Below, in pieces: positions 1-14,295 of a stretch of DNA of 64,000 bases (position 1 is its first letter; every line of letters begins with the position of its first letter). Made by a program: the position numbers and the translations under genes. Source of the DNA: Amoebidium appalachense (lineage: Eukaryota; Protista; Ichthyosporea); assembly GCA_963693365.1 (NCBI GenBank), contig CAVNZM010000011.1, forward strand, positions 8,235,937-8,299,936, read 5' to 3'. The notes below the pieces were generated by a model. That model was not told the origin of the DNA. It did no database searches and saw only the letters and a program-made list of their open reading frames with translations.

Positions 1-276
1 AGCTTATCTCAGAGAGATTCGAAAATCCTACTTTTTTTTAATCGTTTTTAAAAAAAAATTGTTTGCGCATTTACGCCCGCTATAGAGCCCCAATAACATA
101 AACTGCTACTTAGACCCAACTAGCGTTCAGTGACTAACAGGGAAATCATAGCATACACAATCAAATATACATACATAGAACAGACCCCATTCTGGTTGGT
201 TGAATGGTGGGTATTGTCCTTCGATTTCAGGGGTTGAATGAACATTGGATGCGTGCACTACCTATAAGCACTGCGT

Positions 277-1085
<809 letters not shown>

Positions 1086-1175
1086 CACATCATTCAAACA
1101 CCGACGTGCCTGTACACACACCACCTGCCAAATTGCACTAACCCACATCATCACCTTGACCATTTTAATTGTACC

Positions 1176-1352
1176 GAATCATATTCTGACCATTTCAATC
1201 TATACTGGATCATATTCTGACCATTTCTATCTATACTGGATCATATTCTGACCATTTCTATCTATACTGGATCATATTCTGACCATTTCAATCTATACTG
1301 GATCATATTCTGACCATTTCTATCTATACTGGATCGGATTCTGACCATTTCA
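1176..1352. repeat. 31-bp tandem repeat, ~5.5 copies (GATCATATTCTGACCATTTCWATCTATACTG)
   Basis: Unit recurs at ~1208, 1239, 1270 and 1301. Confidence 0.9.
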
Positions 1353-1364
1353 TTCACGCTACAG

Positions 1365-1489
1365 GCCGGATGCAGGTTCCCCGGCCCACCAGTACCAGTA
1401 GGCCAGGCACACCCACGGCCAACATACTCTCCGCCCAGCCACCACGCGTGACGGTTAGCACTGCACAACCGCTCCCTGTACCCACGTGA
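1365..1489 (+). CDS. Putative terminal coding exon of an upstream gene (RMQVPRPTSTSRPGTPTANILSAQPPRVTVSTAQPLPVPT*)
   Basis: Preceded by a CTGAC branch-like motif and a CTACAG acceptor like those of the Dr1 introns. Open frame to TGA at 1487-1489. No homology recognised. Confidence 0.4.
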
Positions 1490-2076
1490 CAAAAACTATA
1501 GCTGCTGCCCAATCAGAAAAAAGGGTTTAATGGGTAAAAAAATTGGGCCCAATGGGGGTCGGGGTATAATTTCGCGGCTGGAAGGAAGGTGTGTGCGGTG
1601 GGTTCTCGGAGGGGTCCTTCAATAGGAAAATGAAGTGGAGAGTTAAAGAAGGCGGTTCGGAAACGATGTTGTCGACCCGGACCGTGGATTCGGCCGAACC
1701 GGATCGGATGTGACAGTAACACCATCTCCAAATGGAAGGAATGGCCCTAGAAACAAAGTTCTGTGTAAATGGTGAAGGGTGGGTATGTCCTTAGGTATGC
1801 ATGGTTTTCCCGGCGTTGCTAGGGCAAACACCTAATGTTTTGTTAGGCTTTACAGTTTGTTTGGCCCACTGTAGATAGTAACATGCGGGGAAAGCCTGGG
1901 GGAAAGTTATGCACACTACACATGCAAGCAAGCACACCATGTAAAAAAGCATGCGTGACAGTCAGACATGTACAGCTTAGAGACACTCATACGTGCACAC
2001 ACGCACACAAGCACACACACACACACGAGCACATTACACATACACGGTTACATTCAAACACATGCACATGCGCGCG

Positions 2077-2195
<119 letters not shown>

Positions 2196-2708
2196 AAATT
2201 CACGTGAACGATACGATTTTTCGCGAAACGGCATGCCAATACACACACAAGAAATCAATACCGCATGTAAAACACGCTTAGGCACAAACCACACATGCAT
2301 ATGGGAAACACAACCTCGTAGGCATCTGTAACATCTTAGGGGTTTTTCCCGGAACACCAAAGAAAAGGTTTAGCTTGCAATCACTTAACAAAAATTATTG
2401 CATATACCCACTCTAATATTTGTAAACAGATCGTGTTTTTCGAATTTTGTTATCAAACCACAGTTATTTGTCCCACCTATTTGCGTATGGTATATGTAAA
2501 TACACAAATAATAAACCTCCCTTCATCGCGTTTTGTCGTATGCATGGACCCCCCACTTGAAGGCCCGGCTGGTCAGGTGGCAAACCAGTCTGATTTCCGG
2601 AATATCCCCCCCCCCCCCCCCCCCCCAACCACCACCACCACCACCACCAAAAAAAAAAAAAAAAAAAAAAAAGAGAAGCGAAAAAAAAACACACGCAGGT
2701 ACACACAT

Positions 2709-2768
<60 letters not shown>

Positions 2769-2959
2769 CACATGTGCACGTGTGTGCACAGCGTCACACT
2801 CACACATCTACATTCACATACATACAACCTAGTATTACACACAGGGATTGATCCCCGCACATATACGTGGTACACACGTATGCACATGCATTTACGTCAC
2901 ACACACATACACACGTGCCATACAGTACACACACAGAGCCGCAAACACAAACACACAGC

Positions 2960-3001
<42 letters not shown>

Positions 3002-4023
3002 GTAACTCGCGCGCACACACAAACACAGTTACACAATGCCGTGAATTGATATCCGGAAAAAGAGCTTTTTCATTGGCTGCATCCTCCTACATACATATAA
3101 TCTCAGCTGCAACAACAAGCCTCTCTATCTCTGATATAGTAGAATGCTTTATTTGCCCCCCCCCCCCCCCCCCCCCCCCCTCTTGCGCCGCATAGCCAAT
3201 TACAGGTGCCTGTTCTGTTCACTCAACACTCACCAAAACTTCTTTTGTCCATCCCTCTCTTCCCTCGCGCGCGACTGCCCCCACCCCCCCCCCCCCACCC
3301 CCTTCCCGCCCGCCTCCCTTCTGGCTCTCGAGATCTGCCACTTATAATGCTTTATTGCCCAGGCTGACTGCCAATAACATTCGGCTTTTCCCTGAAAACG
3401 GATATGGCCCGAATGTCATATTGAATCCCACATGCACCGAAACACACAACACGCATAAATTCACACGCATAAAACACCCATATACCTTGTGCATAAGCAT
3501 TAGTATGTTTTGAAAAACTTTAAATAGGGAGGCTGCCCTGCCCGTGCGAAGCTGCACTACTACATATGATACATAGTCTCTTGGCTCGACCCGACCAAAC
3601 CCGACCGACCCGAATTGGATCTCGACCCGACCCGATATTTGCCTGTATGTGATTTCGATGTTTGCGCCAACACTCCGCCCGGCCTGGAGCAGTCTGGCAG
3701 AACGAAAAGGATCGAATTCAGAGAGGGAGAGTTCGTTTTTGTCTATGTTTAGTATACAGTACGAATAAGGCAGGCGATTAATGCAAAAGGCGCGCCTTTG
3801 CAGAAGCTAATATGCTCTAAAAAGTAAGTCAGTCAGGGAAGAAAGAAAGGTTTGAGACACTAACTCTTTGAAGCACCCACCATCGAAGTGTAGTTTTGTA
3901 TGATCATCCGTGCCAAGTCCAGGTTGTCTTTTTTGTTGGCATGTGATAGGCAGTCTGTTAATACTTAGAATCGACTTATTTCTTGCGTTTTTTTTTTAGC
4001 CCTAGGGCAGAAGATTTGAGAAA

Positions 4024-4081
4024 ATGTCCAGCGAAGAGGAGAGCTTTGATGGGAAAGATGACGACGTGTCTCTGCCCAAAG
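4024..4081 (+). CDS. DR1: Dr1 exon 1 ([19 protein letters not shown])
   Basis: aaaATG start; G|GT donor at 4082. Confidence 0.9.
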
Positions 4082-5581
4082 GTGTGTGTGCTTGTTAAAT
4101 GTTTTTGCGTGTGCTTGTGCACGTGGGTGTGCGTGTGCGTGTGTGCGTGCTTGAAAAAGTGTATGTGCATCTGTATTTTGTGTTTGTGTGTGTGTGTGTG
4201 TGCGTGTGTGTGTGTGTGTGCGTGTGTGTGTGTGTGTGTGTGTATGTATGTTTGTGTATTTGTTTCTTTTGTGCAAGTGAGCTGGTGAGCAAGGCGTTTG
4301 TGTGTTAGCTTGCACATGCTTATACCGGCATGATTTGACATCTGCATGTCTGTACCCCCCTCCTCCCCCCCCCCCCCCCCCCCCCCCCCCCTCCCCCCCG
4401 CTTTTTTCTGTTTGGTTTCTAAGAAATACACAAAGGCCATGCCAATTATATTCTGCACTTAGGTGCGCAAGCGTGTGCTGTCTAGCGTGCATATGTTCCG
4501 GAGTAGGTGTGCTTTCCTTAGCTGTGCCGTTTATGTTTTTTTAAGTTTGTGTAGATTTTGCACATGGTGCACACATACAATTGTGTGCTCCGGTACCAAG
4601 CTTTTTCCATGTTCTTGTGTCAGTTCGGAAGTGTGAAGCCATAGTTTATGTTTCTGGCTGTACGATTCTTTCCCTTTCCCTCCAATTTTTGCTCCCCCTC
4701 CCTCCCTCCCTGCCCCCCTCCCTCCCTCCCTCTGTCCCCATCTCCCTTTCTCGCTTCCTCCTTCCCTCCCTCCCTCTTTCATTCCGTCCCTCCCTTTCTT
4801 CTACCCTCCCTCCCTTCCTCCCTCTCTCCCTTCCCTCCCTCCCTCCCTCCCTCCCTCCCTCCCTTTCTCTCCTCCCTCCCTCCCTCCCTCCCTCCCTCCC
4901 TCCCTCCCTCCCTCCCTCCCTCCCTCCCTCCCTCCCTCCCTCCCTCCCTCCCTCCCTCCCTCCCTCCCTCCCTCCTTCCCTTTACCTCTCCCTCCCTCCC
5001 TCCCTCCTTCCTTTCCCTCCCCTTTCCTGTCTTCCTCTCTCTCACTCTCTCTCTCTCTCCCCCCTCCCCTCCCCCTCCCCCTCCCCCCCCCCCCCCCCCC
5101 CCCCCTCCCCCTTTTCCACAAATAGACACACACGTTATCTTTCCCTTCTCCCCCCCCCCCCCCCCCCCCTCGCCCCCACCCGCTCTGGCTCTTCATCTCC
5201 CCCTCCCTCCCCTCCCTGCCCTCCCTTTCACCCTCTATCTCTTTTGTTTTTTTCTTTTCTTTTCTTTTTTCTTTTTTTTTTTTTTTTTGGGGGGGGGGGG
5301 GGGTTTGGGGGTTTGGGGGGTGGAGGGGGAGGAGGAGCAGAGAGAAAGGGGGAGGGGGGGGGGGGGGGAGGGGGGAGGGGGAGAGGGGGAAGTTAACTAT
5401 ACGTAGCACATAATAAACCAGAAACCTCACTCGTCCCCACGCATCTGACGGAAACTACTAGGCCTATTAGGTGTGTGTAGGAACAAGTGTTTGAACGAGA
5501 GCAAGTAGCTTGAGTATATCGAGACCGACCAGGCGGGGAGGAGGAGGAGGAGGAGGAGGAGGTGGTGGTGGTGGTGGTGGT

Positions 5582-5614
<33 letters not shown>

Positions 5615-5798
5615 GGTTGACAGCGACATGTTTGTGAAGCCAACTTTCTTTTCTTTTTTTTTTTTTTTGCTAGCCACTGTGTACAAGCTGATCAAGGAGA
5701 TGATGCCGAAGGACATTCGATGTGCAAACGACACACGTGCACTCATTCTCGACTGTTGCAAGGGTGCGTGTTTTTTCCCTGTTCCTCCTCTCCTCCCC

Positions 5799-5833
<35 letters not shown>

Positions 5834-6430
5834 TCGTTCTTTTCGTTTTTTTTCTTCTCTTTTGCTTTTTGGCGGGGGGGGGGGGGGGGGGGGGGGGGGA
5901 GGGGGGGGCGGGGGGAAGGGGAGCGGAGGTTCTTTTCTTTTTTTTTTCACTCTCACTGTCTCATTTGTATTTATTTCTTTTCTTTTCTTTCTATTCTATT
6001 CTTTTCTTTTTTTTCTTTTTTTTGGGGGGCGGGGAGAGCGGGGGGAGGGAGGTGGGGAGAGGGAGGGAAGGAGGCAGGAAGGGGGGCAGGGAGAGGGGAG
6101 GGGAGGGGAGGGGGGGGGGGGGGGGAAGGTGTGTATGTGGGGAGGGGAGGAGGAGGGAGGGGGGGGGGGGGTAATTAGGGAGTGGTTAGGACGGCTAGGG
6201 GTGTTTTTCTTTTTTTGTTTTTTTGTTTTTTTTTTTTGGGGGGGGGGGGGGGGTTGGAAGGGGGAGCGGGAGGACAATGGGGAGGGCACGGGGGGGGGGG
6301 GGGGGGGAGACAGGAGGGGAGGGAGAGGGGGGAGGGGAGGGGGTTAGGCTGGCGGAATGTCCCCTTAAGGATATTTGGGTCGGTACGTGTGTGTGTGTGT
6401 GTGTGTGTGTGCTCTTTCTGGGCACGGACT

Positions 6431-6471
<41 letters not shown>

Positions 6472-6910
6472 TTCCCCCCCTCAACACCCCCCTCCCCCGC
6501 CCTCCCCCTGCCCTCCCCCCGCCCACACACACACGAACTCTCTCCCCCTCTTCTGCCCCCCGCCCACCCACACAACCACCTCTTCCCCCTCGTCATCCCT
6601 CCCTCTCCTCCCCCCTCCCCCCACCCACCCACCCACCCACCCTCCTCCCAACTCCCTCCAAATTGTATGTTCCTGCGTCACAGGTTTGCACGGCAATCAT
6701 CGCGTGGAGACTTGGAAGTGGTGGGTGTATTGGAAGGGATGTAGTGTGCAGGGCAGTTGGGGGATGCCGACAAGCTTACATACATACTGCACACAGCTAC
6801 CCCACCCTGGGCACCTTGGAAAGCGCACGCGCACTCGCACAAAACACTCGCGTGTGCAGGAATGAAATCACCAACGCACATGTACACACACAGACACACA
6901 CACACACACA

Positions 6911-6997
<87 letters not shown>

Positions 6998-7332
6998 TCA
7001 CACATTCACACAGAGGAGCGACACTGCACAGATATCACCACACTCCCACAGTAGAAGTTTTTAGTGTTATGTGAAGGGCCAAAAGACCAGCACTAAAGAA
7101 AGAAAGAAGGAGAAAGAAGGCAGAAAATGACAAAGCAAGTAAAAGGTCTAATGGTGCTATCTCCCACGCAGAGTTTATTCTTTTGATGGCTTCGGAGTCG
7201 AACGAAGTGTGTGCCAAGGACGGAAAGAAGACGATAAGTGCAGAGCATGTGATCGACGCACTGAGGGTACGCGTGTGGGTGGGTGGGTGGGTGGGTGTGG
7301 GTGTGGGTGTGGGTGTGGATGTTGGTGTGGGT

Positions 7333-7367
<35 letters not shown>

Positions 7368-7648
7368 CGCGTGTGGGTGTGTCTGTAATTGCGTGTGTAT
7401 TAAGTGTGGGCGTATGTGTGTGGGGGTGTGTTTGTGTTGATGGTGTGCTTGTATGTGTGCGTGGTTGTGGGTGTTCCGGGGGGGGGGGGGGGGGGGGGGG
7501 GGAGGGGGGGGGGGGGGCTTAGCTGTATGTGTATGTGTTTACGTGTCTGTGCATGTGTGTGTGCATGTGTGTGTGCGCGCGCGTGTTAAGTGTGTGTGTG
7601 CTACTCATGCTCCTGTGTTACGTGTGTGTGTCTATTCTTGTATGTGTG

Positions 7649-7693
<45 letters not shown>

Positions 7694-8084
7694 GTGGGGG
7701 AAGAGGGGGGGGGGGGGGGGGGGGGGGGGGGGAGAAGGGGGCATTAAGTGTGTGAGTGGGTGTGTGGTATCACCGTGTATGCCTGTGTGTGCCTTTGTAT
7801 GCATGTACGCGGGCGGCCGGCTGTGGGGGTGTAGGTCCCTGTGTTTGTGATCCTATTTGACGTGGATGAGGGTAGGTGTGGACCTGAAATGGGGGGGGGG
7901 TGGGGGGGAGGGGGGAGGGGGGGCATTCTAGGATGAAGGGGCATAGGGGGGGGGGGGAGGGGGTTTGAGATATCAACGGGTGGAGGGTTAAACACTTTTC
8001 GTTGCATTCGGGAATGGCTGGGAGAAGGTGTGTGTGTGTTGGGGGGGGGGGGTTGGGCAGGGGTGGAGGGGGAAGGTGGAAACA

Positions 8085-8134
<50 letters not shown>

Positions 8135-8430
8135 TGTGTGTATGTGTGTGTGTGCGGGTGTGGGTGTTGGGGGGGTGGGGGGGGCTGTACATAATGTATC
8201 TGATTAGGTTGTTCCCCCCAGAACCTTGGGTTTGAGGAGTACATTGAGTCTGTGAAGGCAGTCTACGAAGAGCACAAAGACGATAAGTCGGTGGGTTTCA
8301 CTGATCCAGACAATCCCCCCCCCCCCCAACCACCACCACCACCACCTTTTTTGCCTTTAGTTGTGCGCTTTATGATCACGCACACACACACAAAAAGAGA
8401 ATGAGAAAGAGAGAGACGTCGCGCGCGCGT

Positions 8431-8491
<61 letters not shown>

Positions 8492-8531
8492 CACACACAC
8501 ACAACCACACACGCACGCACGCGCGCGCGCG

Positions 8532-8611
<80 letters not shown>

Positions 8612-8657
8612 ATGCACACACACAGACATACAGACACACACACACACATTCAATGAC

Positions 8658-8701
<44 letters not shown>

Positions 8702-9682
8702 ACACACACAGACCTCTCCACTTTCTAGATCCCCGTCTTCCCTTTTGGGAGGTGCACTTACCTCAATCGAAAATATGCCCACTCACACACCCACTGTGTG
8801 AAACATTATCGTGCACACGCATAAAGACACATTACCTTACTGCACCGTTCGTGCACCTACATGCACAAACACATGTATGATGTACGAACGTGTTCGTATG
8901 AATGCCATTTTGGATTTTTGTTTGGAAATCGCGTGACCTCTCTATGGCTAATGGGTCAAATTAGGCAAAGCCTTTCGTTTTCTCTCCACTACTCTGTACT
9001 CTTATAACCCTTTCTAGTTCTCCCTCCCTCGCTTCCTCTCCCCCTCCCCCTCCCCCCTCCTCCCCCCTCCCTCTCTCCTCGCTTTTCAATGCTTTTTAAC
9101 GGGGGGAAGGAGGATTTTGGGTTGATCGAGTTTCTAATCGAACGTTCTCGTACGTTCCAGAAACGAGTCAAGATCAACACCAAGCTGGAAAAGAGCGGCA
9201 TCCCACAGGAAGAGTTACTGGCCCAGCAGAGGGCACTGTTTGCTCAGGTGGGTGAGTGTGGAGGGGGGGGATGGGGGGGATGGGTGGGTGTAGATATGGG
9301 TGTGTGTGGGTGCGTGGGTGGATGGGTGGGTGTGGGGGGGGGGGCAGGGAGGGGGGGAAGGTGGGAGTGTGTGTGTGTGTGTGTGTGGTGGTGGTGTGTG
9401 TGTGTGTGTTTGGCGGGGGGGGGGGGGGGGGAAGGTTTGTGGTTGGGTGGAATGGGGGGTTAAAGGATATGGGCAGGTGGTGTATGGGTGGATAAGTTGA
9501 TGGGTGAATGGTTGATGGGGGGAATAAATGATTGCAAATTTAGGCCTCTGGTGTGGATGCTGGTTTTGGTTTTTATTCGTCGTGTACCCCAATGTTTTTT
9601 TTTTTTTGTTTGGGGGGGGGGAGGGGGGAGGGGGTGTTTTAAAGTAAATAGTTGTAATTGAGATTCGGCTCTTTTCTTTTGT

Positions 9683-9715
<33 letters not shown>

Positions 9716-9819
9716 CTTCAACAAACAAACTCTGACCATTTTCCCCCTTCATAGGCCCGTATGCGCACACATACTTTCCAGACCCCCCCAATACAGCAAC
9801 CAGCTTCAGGCACGGTGAG

Positions 9820-9865
<46 letters not shown>

Positions 9866-10599
9866 CCCCCTCCTGCCCACCCCCCTCCCCCCAACAACAC
9901 CAAAACAAAAACAACAGAAAACGATATATTATTAAACCTAGATTAGTTTGAAAATGAAAAAAAGGACGAAACATGTGCATGCACACACCGGCACACCAAC
10001 ACTCACCACACGCGCGCGCGCACACACACACACACACACGCACATACACACACACCTGCAGGCACGCAAACACACACCACCCACTCAATCACCTGCCCTT
10101 TCGTGTCAAAGTTATAATGATAATTAAAAAAAAAAAAAAGAAAGAAAGAAAGAAAAGAAAAGAAAAGAAAAGGGGAAAAAATGGGTTCGACAATGTGCCC
10201 CCCCCCCCCCCCCTGCCCTCCCCCCTGAGGATGGGCTCTGCTTATGACGCATACTGTGCGCATGGATGATGTTGCATACTTGAATGTTTGCCTTTGCATA
10301 TGTCCTGCACCATGCTTCTCATCGTGTATGCGTACTTCGTGCCGTGTTCCGCATTCAACCCCCCCCCCCCCCCCCCCCTCCCCCCCCCCCCCACCATCAC
10401 CACCACCAATAATAATAATATTAATAATAATAATAATGAAAACCTGTACAACTGCGCATCTTCAAAGCTTTGCAACATGTAAACATGCATCGTACGCATG
10501 CAACCCACGAATGTTTCTTTTCGCTGCATTTTAGAATTGTGGTGATATCTGAACAGGTGTGAAATGTTTCTGGGATGGAATAGACACGATGCATCCTTC

Positions 10600-10641
<42 letters not shown>

Positions 10642-10874
10642 ACACACAAACCCCACCCACCTCGCCTCAACCCCCCTCCCACTAACTTAGAAATTCCCTA
10701 CTCCATCCCCTACACAGTCCTCCTTGTCAGATTTTCCTGGTTCTCCCCCCCTCCCCCCCCCCCCCCCCCCCCCCCCCTTCCCCCCCCCTCCCTCCCCAGC
10801 CCCTCCCCCCCCTCTTCCCCCCAGTGACCACCTTATCGTTTTACCACAATCACGCTGACACCATCTCACCCCAT

Positions 10875-10907
<33 letters not shown>

Positions 10908-11103
10908 GGGGACCACCCCATCCACCATGACGTCATCTCACCCATTTACATCCCCTGTGCAGCTACCAGCAGGCAACCCCCCCGGTCTCAACGCTCTTGG
11001 TGCCCAGCCAGGCCAACCCTTCTCCTTTAACCCCCCAGTGGCAGCCCCTGCCCCAGCCCCTGTTCTGAGAAAGAACGACGATGAAGAAGACTATGATGCT
11101 TAG
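4024..11103 (+). CDS. DR1: Negative cofactor 2 beta / Dr1 histone-fold TBP-binding repressor, 7 exons, 199 aa
   Basis: Exons 4024-4081, 5674-5763, 7172-7266, 8222-8290, 9161-9247, 9755-9814 and 10963-11103 join in phase over GT-AG introns (600 nt). The protein reads [77 protein letters not shown]...[23 protein letters not shown]...DDEEDYDA*, the characteristic Dr1/NC2beta sequence with acidic tail. Confidence 0.95.
5674..5763 (+). CDS. DR1: Dr1 exon 2 ([30 protein letters not shown])
   Basis: poly-T...CTAG acceptor and GTGCGT donor; phase 1/1. Confidence 0.93.
7172..7266 (+). CDS. DR1: Dr1 exon 3 ([32 protein letters not shown])
   Basis: CTAAT branch, CGCAG acceptor, GTACGC donor. Confidence 0.93.
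8222..8290 (+). CDS. DR1: Dr1 exon 4 ([23 protein letters not shown])
   Basis: CCCAG acceptor, GTGGGT donor. Confidence 0.92.
9161..9247 (+). CDS. DR1: Dr1 exon 5 ([29 protein letters not shown])
   Basis: TTCCAG acceptor, GTGGGT donor; conserved GIPxEELLxQQxxLFA motif. Confidence 0.92.
9755..9814 (+). CDS. DR1: Dr1 exon 6 ([20 protein letters not shown])
   Basis: CTGAC branch, CATAG acceptor, GTGAGA donor. Confidence 0.8.
10963..11103 (+). CDS. DR1: Dr1 exon 7 ([46 protein letters not shown])
   Basis: TGTGCAG acceptor; in frame to TAG at 11101-11103; acidic tail typical of Dr1. Confidence 0.82.
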   Translation, partial: LPAGNPPGLNALGAQPGQPFSFNPPVAAPAPAPVLRKNDDEEDYDA

Positions 11104-11192
11104 GTGCGGTCTACGTGCTATAGGCTAATATTAAGCCTATAGAAATGGGTCTGTGTCCCGGGGGGGGGGGGGGGGGGGGGGGGGAGGGGGGG

Positions 11193-11223
<31 letters not shown>

Positions 11224-11320
11224 AGAGGGAGGGGGAGGGGGGAAGGGGGGGGATGTGGCTCATGACAAAAGGTGAGGAGCAAGGATATGCAAGTCGGGGT
11301 ATGGTTATTGAAGTGTGTGT

Positions 11321-11351
<31 letters not shown>

Positions 11352-11756
11352 GAGAGAGAGAGAGAGGTTACCTTTTCTCATCTTTCATATCTTTTTTTCT
11401 AATTGAATTTTAAGTTACCTGTGTCTCTCTCTGGGAAACATGACGTGACAAGGGTTAAAACACATGATATTGTGTATCAAAGGCACATCATGATAGTACC
11501 TATTTGGAAAGGGGTGGGGGGAGCGAGAGGGAGGGGAGGGGGTTTCTTGTCTAATTTAATTAAACGACTCAAGTTGCGAACTGATTAACCGTTGTTTAGG
11601 CAAGTTTATCCGAAGATGTACATAGAATGCAGTAAATACACGCAGCATGAGAGCTAAAACCTTGTGATCATCTCACATGCACGCTGGTCAATATTTTGTG
11701 GTCCGATGCAATAAAAGGCACTGTGACTGGAGACATTCAAGTGTCTCTCTCTCTCT

Positions 11757-11789
<33 letters not shown>

Positions 11790-11883
11790 TCCCATGCGCA
11801 CACACACGTGCACACACACACACACACACACGCACACACACAAACACACAAACACGCATGCACATGCACATGCCCATTTGCGT

Positions 11884-11938
<55 letters not shown>

Positions 11939-12095
11939 CGCACGCACCCCCCCCCCCCCCCCAGGGCCTCCTCTCCCCCCTCCCCCCGGGCTCTGCTTAT
12001 TATGCATACTCTTTATGTATGGCTTGCATTCTGCATCGTGTTATCCGTTTGTTCTTGTGTACTTCGTATTTTTTGACGCATTCAACCCCCCCCCC

Positions 12096-12126
<31 letters not shown>

Positions 12127-12166
12127 ACATGCGCACGCACCCCCCCCCCCCCCCCAGGGCCTCCTC

Positions 12167-12199
<33 letters not shown>

Positions 12200-12808
12200 T
12201 CTATCTCTTTGTTCCACACCCAGTCACCCACCGGCCGTCCTACCCTTTACAGTGCCTGCATGGTGGCCACCAACCCGTGGATAACATTGCATGGTCATGG
12301 CCACAACAAGGGCACATCATATGCGAGCCAACCAAAAAAAGAAAAAAAAAGGAGAAGAAGAAGAAGAAGAAAAGAAGAAAAAAAAGGAAGAAGAAGAAAG
12401 AGAAAAATACTTCTAATAAGACCTTCCAGAATCTCCTGCCTCCGTACGTCTCCTTTACCCTTCATCCTTCATGATCAGTGTAATTTGGTGTATGCAAACG
12501 ACGCAAATATTTGAGCTTCGAATCTTGTGAACGATGTTTGAACCGACCCGAACCGCCTCGTTTCCTTGCAAAATAACCATAAATAGCTATAAAGCTAGCA
12601 ATTCTTCTCCATTATTGGCCACAGCGCTTTATTCGGGTCGAGTTTTCAATCTGCCGTGACCCGGCTCATTTTTTGACTTGCAGTCCGGGGCTAAGGCTAG
12701 CGCTAAGCTGTACTGTAATCATCAATAGTGAAACTATTTCGATTGGTTCTTCGAATCATGACCTGATTGGGTGGAAATACACCAATTATCTTTCAAGAAA
12801 GCATAATT

Positions 12809-14105
12809 TGCGACATCGAAATGTGATGGGAATATGAATTCGAACACGGATGAAAGTCGGATGGGGTACGGATGGTCACAGCTTTCGTTGACAAGAATTG
12901 TTTTGGACAAGGAAAAGACTGAGGACGCCAGGTCCCGGAAGCCCCATTTATATCGTGATGTTTATTGATCTGGGCCGGGGGGCTTCCGTGTGTGGGGTGA
13001 CTCGATGTATACCTACGTCACATGTTAAGCGCACAAGAGAAGGATAGTGTGTGTCCTCACACATGGATAAGGCTAGTACGTGGGTGCAAACATATAAGCA
13101 TGTGGATGCATACTAGGGGTACTAAGGGGGGGCGTCACAATGTATATGTCAGGGACAGGCAAACCTCCAAGCCATCCCCTAACCACACGTGGGCGGGCTG
13201 CAGTGCCTCTGAGGATGACCTCACGTGGGTACAAAACATAAAAGCAAAACATGTAAGCAGAGGCGAGCAAGAGCGAGAAGCAGACATAGATCTTCTGGGT
13301 GTACATGTTGAAATATATCGTGATTGGGTATACACACGTAGTTTGCGCAAACGACGGCTGTTCAGACTGAAGGAAAACACACGACTCTAGTGATCGTCAG
13401 GTAGTGATCTTAACCACCGTGTGGGCACAAGCAAAGTCCGAGACTCACATGTACACCATCCGGCAAACGTGTGCTGGGCTTAATGTCTGGCCGGCACCCA
13501 TTATGCGGGATTAGCAGCACACGGGGGTGGCGTTTCTTGTGCTTTGCTTATACGCACAAAGTATGAGGACCAAAACTTGCCGATCACTGTGGTCGTGTGT
13601 GGAAAACGGGAAAAGATGATGCGCTCATGAGGAATGTGCTGGTGCGAAAACTGAGTTGTGTGTGCTACAATATGAAATATGATGTGGCTGTTGCAAAAAA
13701 AATGGCCTCATTGCGGGGCAACGTCCGAATAAGTAAGCAAATGCATCCTCGTGTATCCGTAGTTATCTGTGGACTGCTGTGACCATCCGTCCGTAAAAAT
13801 GAGCTATCGTAGCATGCTATAAGAGAGCGCGTGTGGAAGCGTGTTTACCTGGTTACCCCCCGAGGGAGACCTTCCTTCTCTGCTACCATGCGACATCGAA
13901 ATGTGATGGGAATATGAATTCGAACACGGATGAAAGTCGGATGGGGGACGGATGGTCACAGCTTTCGTTGACAAGAACTATGTTTTGGACATTGTCAAGG
14001 AAAAGACCGAGGACGCCAGGTCCCGGAAGCCCCATTTACATTGTGACGTTTATTGATCTGGGGGGCTTCCGTGTCTGGGGTGACTCGATGTATATCTACG
14101 TCACA
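12809..14105 (-). mobile_element. Non-autonomous LTR retroelement (TRIM-like), ~215-bp LTRs, 4-bp TSD AATT
   Basis: Direct repeats 12809-13022 and 13889-14105 (TG...CA) with AATT on both sides. The minus-strand PBS TGGTAGCAGAG (13878-13888) is complementary to the tRNAiMet 3' end. The empty site is visible at ~63311-63325. Confidence 0.85.
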
Positions 14106-14295
14106 AATTGTTATGTATTCCACCAATCATGGTCTGGCGCTGAATCTTGGCTGCAGGCTATATAAGCTGCAGCCGAGAGAAGCCTTCAAGTTGATCAGTC
14201 TTCCCTCACTCAGCGCCACTTGTAAAGCGCTGAGTTGTTAGTGTGGGCTCACAATAGCTTGTAGATCGGCCTCTCTCTGAGGGCACTAAGTTGCC

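Noticed and set aside
231-252. Possible small exon (GLNEHWM) joining the 1365 exon
   Set aside because: Phase fits but the donor GTGCAC is weak and there is no homology support.
3585-3636. Clustered GACCCGA motifs upstream of Dr1 (also ~12544-12665)
   Set aside because: They resemble hAT subterminal repeats, but no TIR pair or TSD could be defined.
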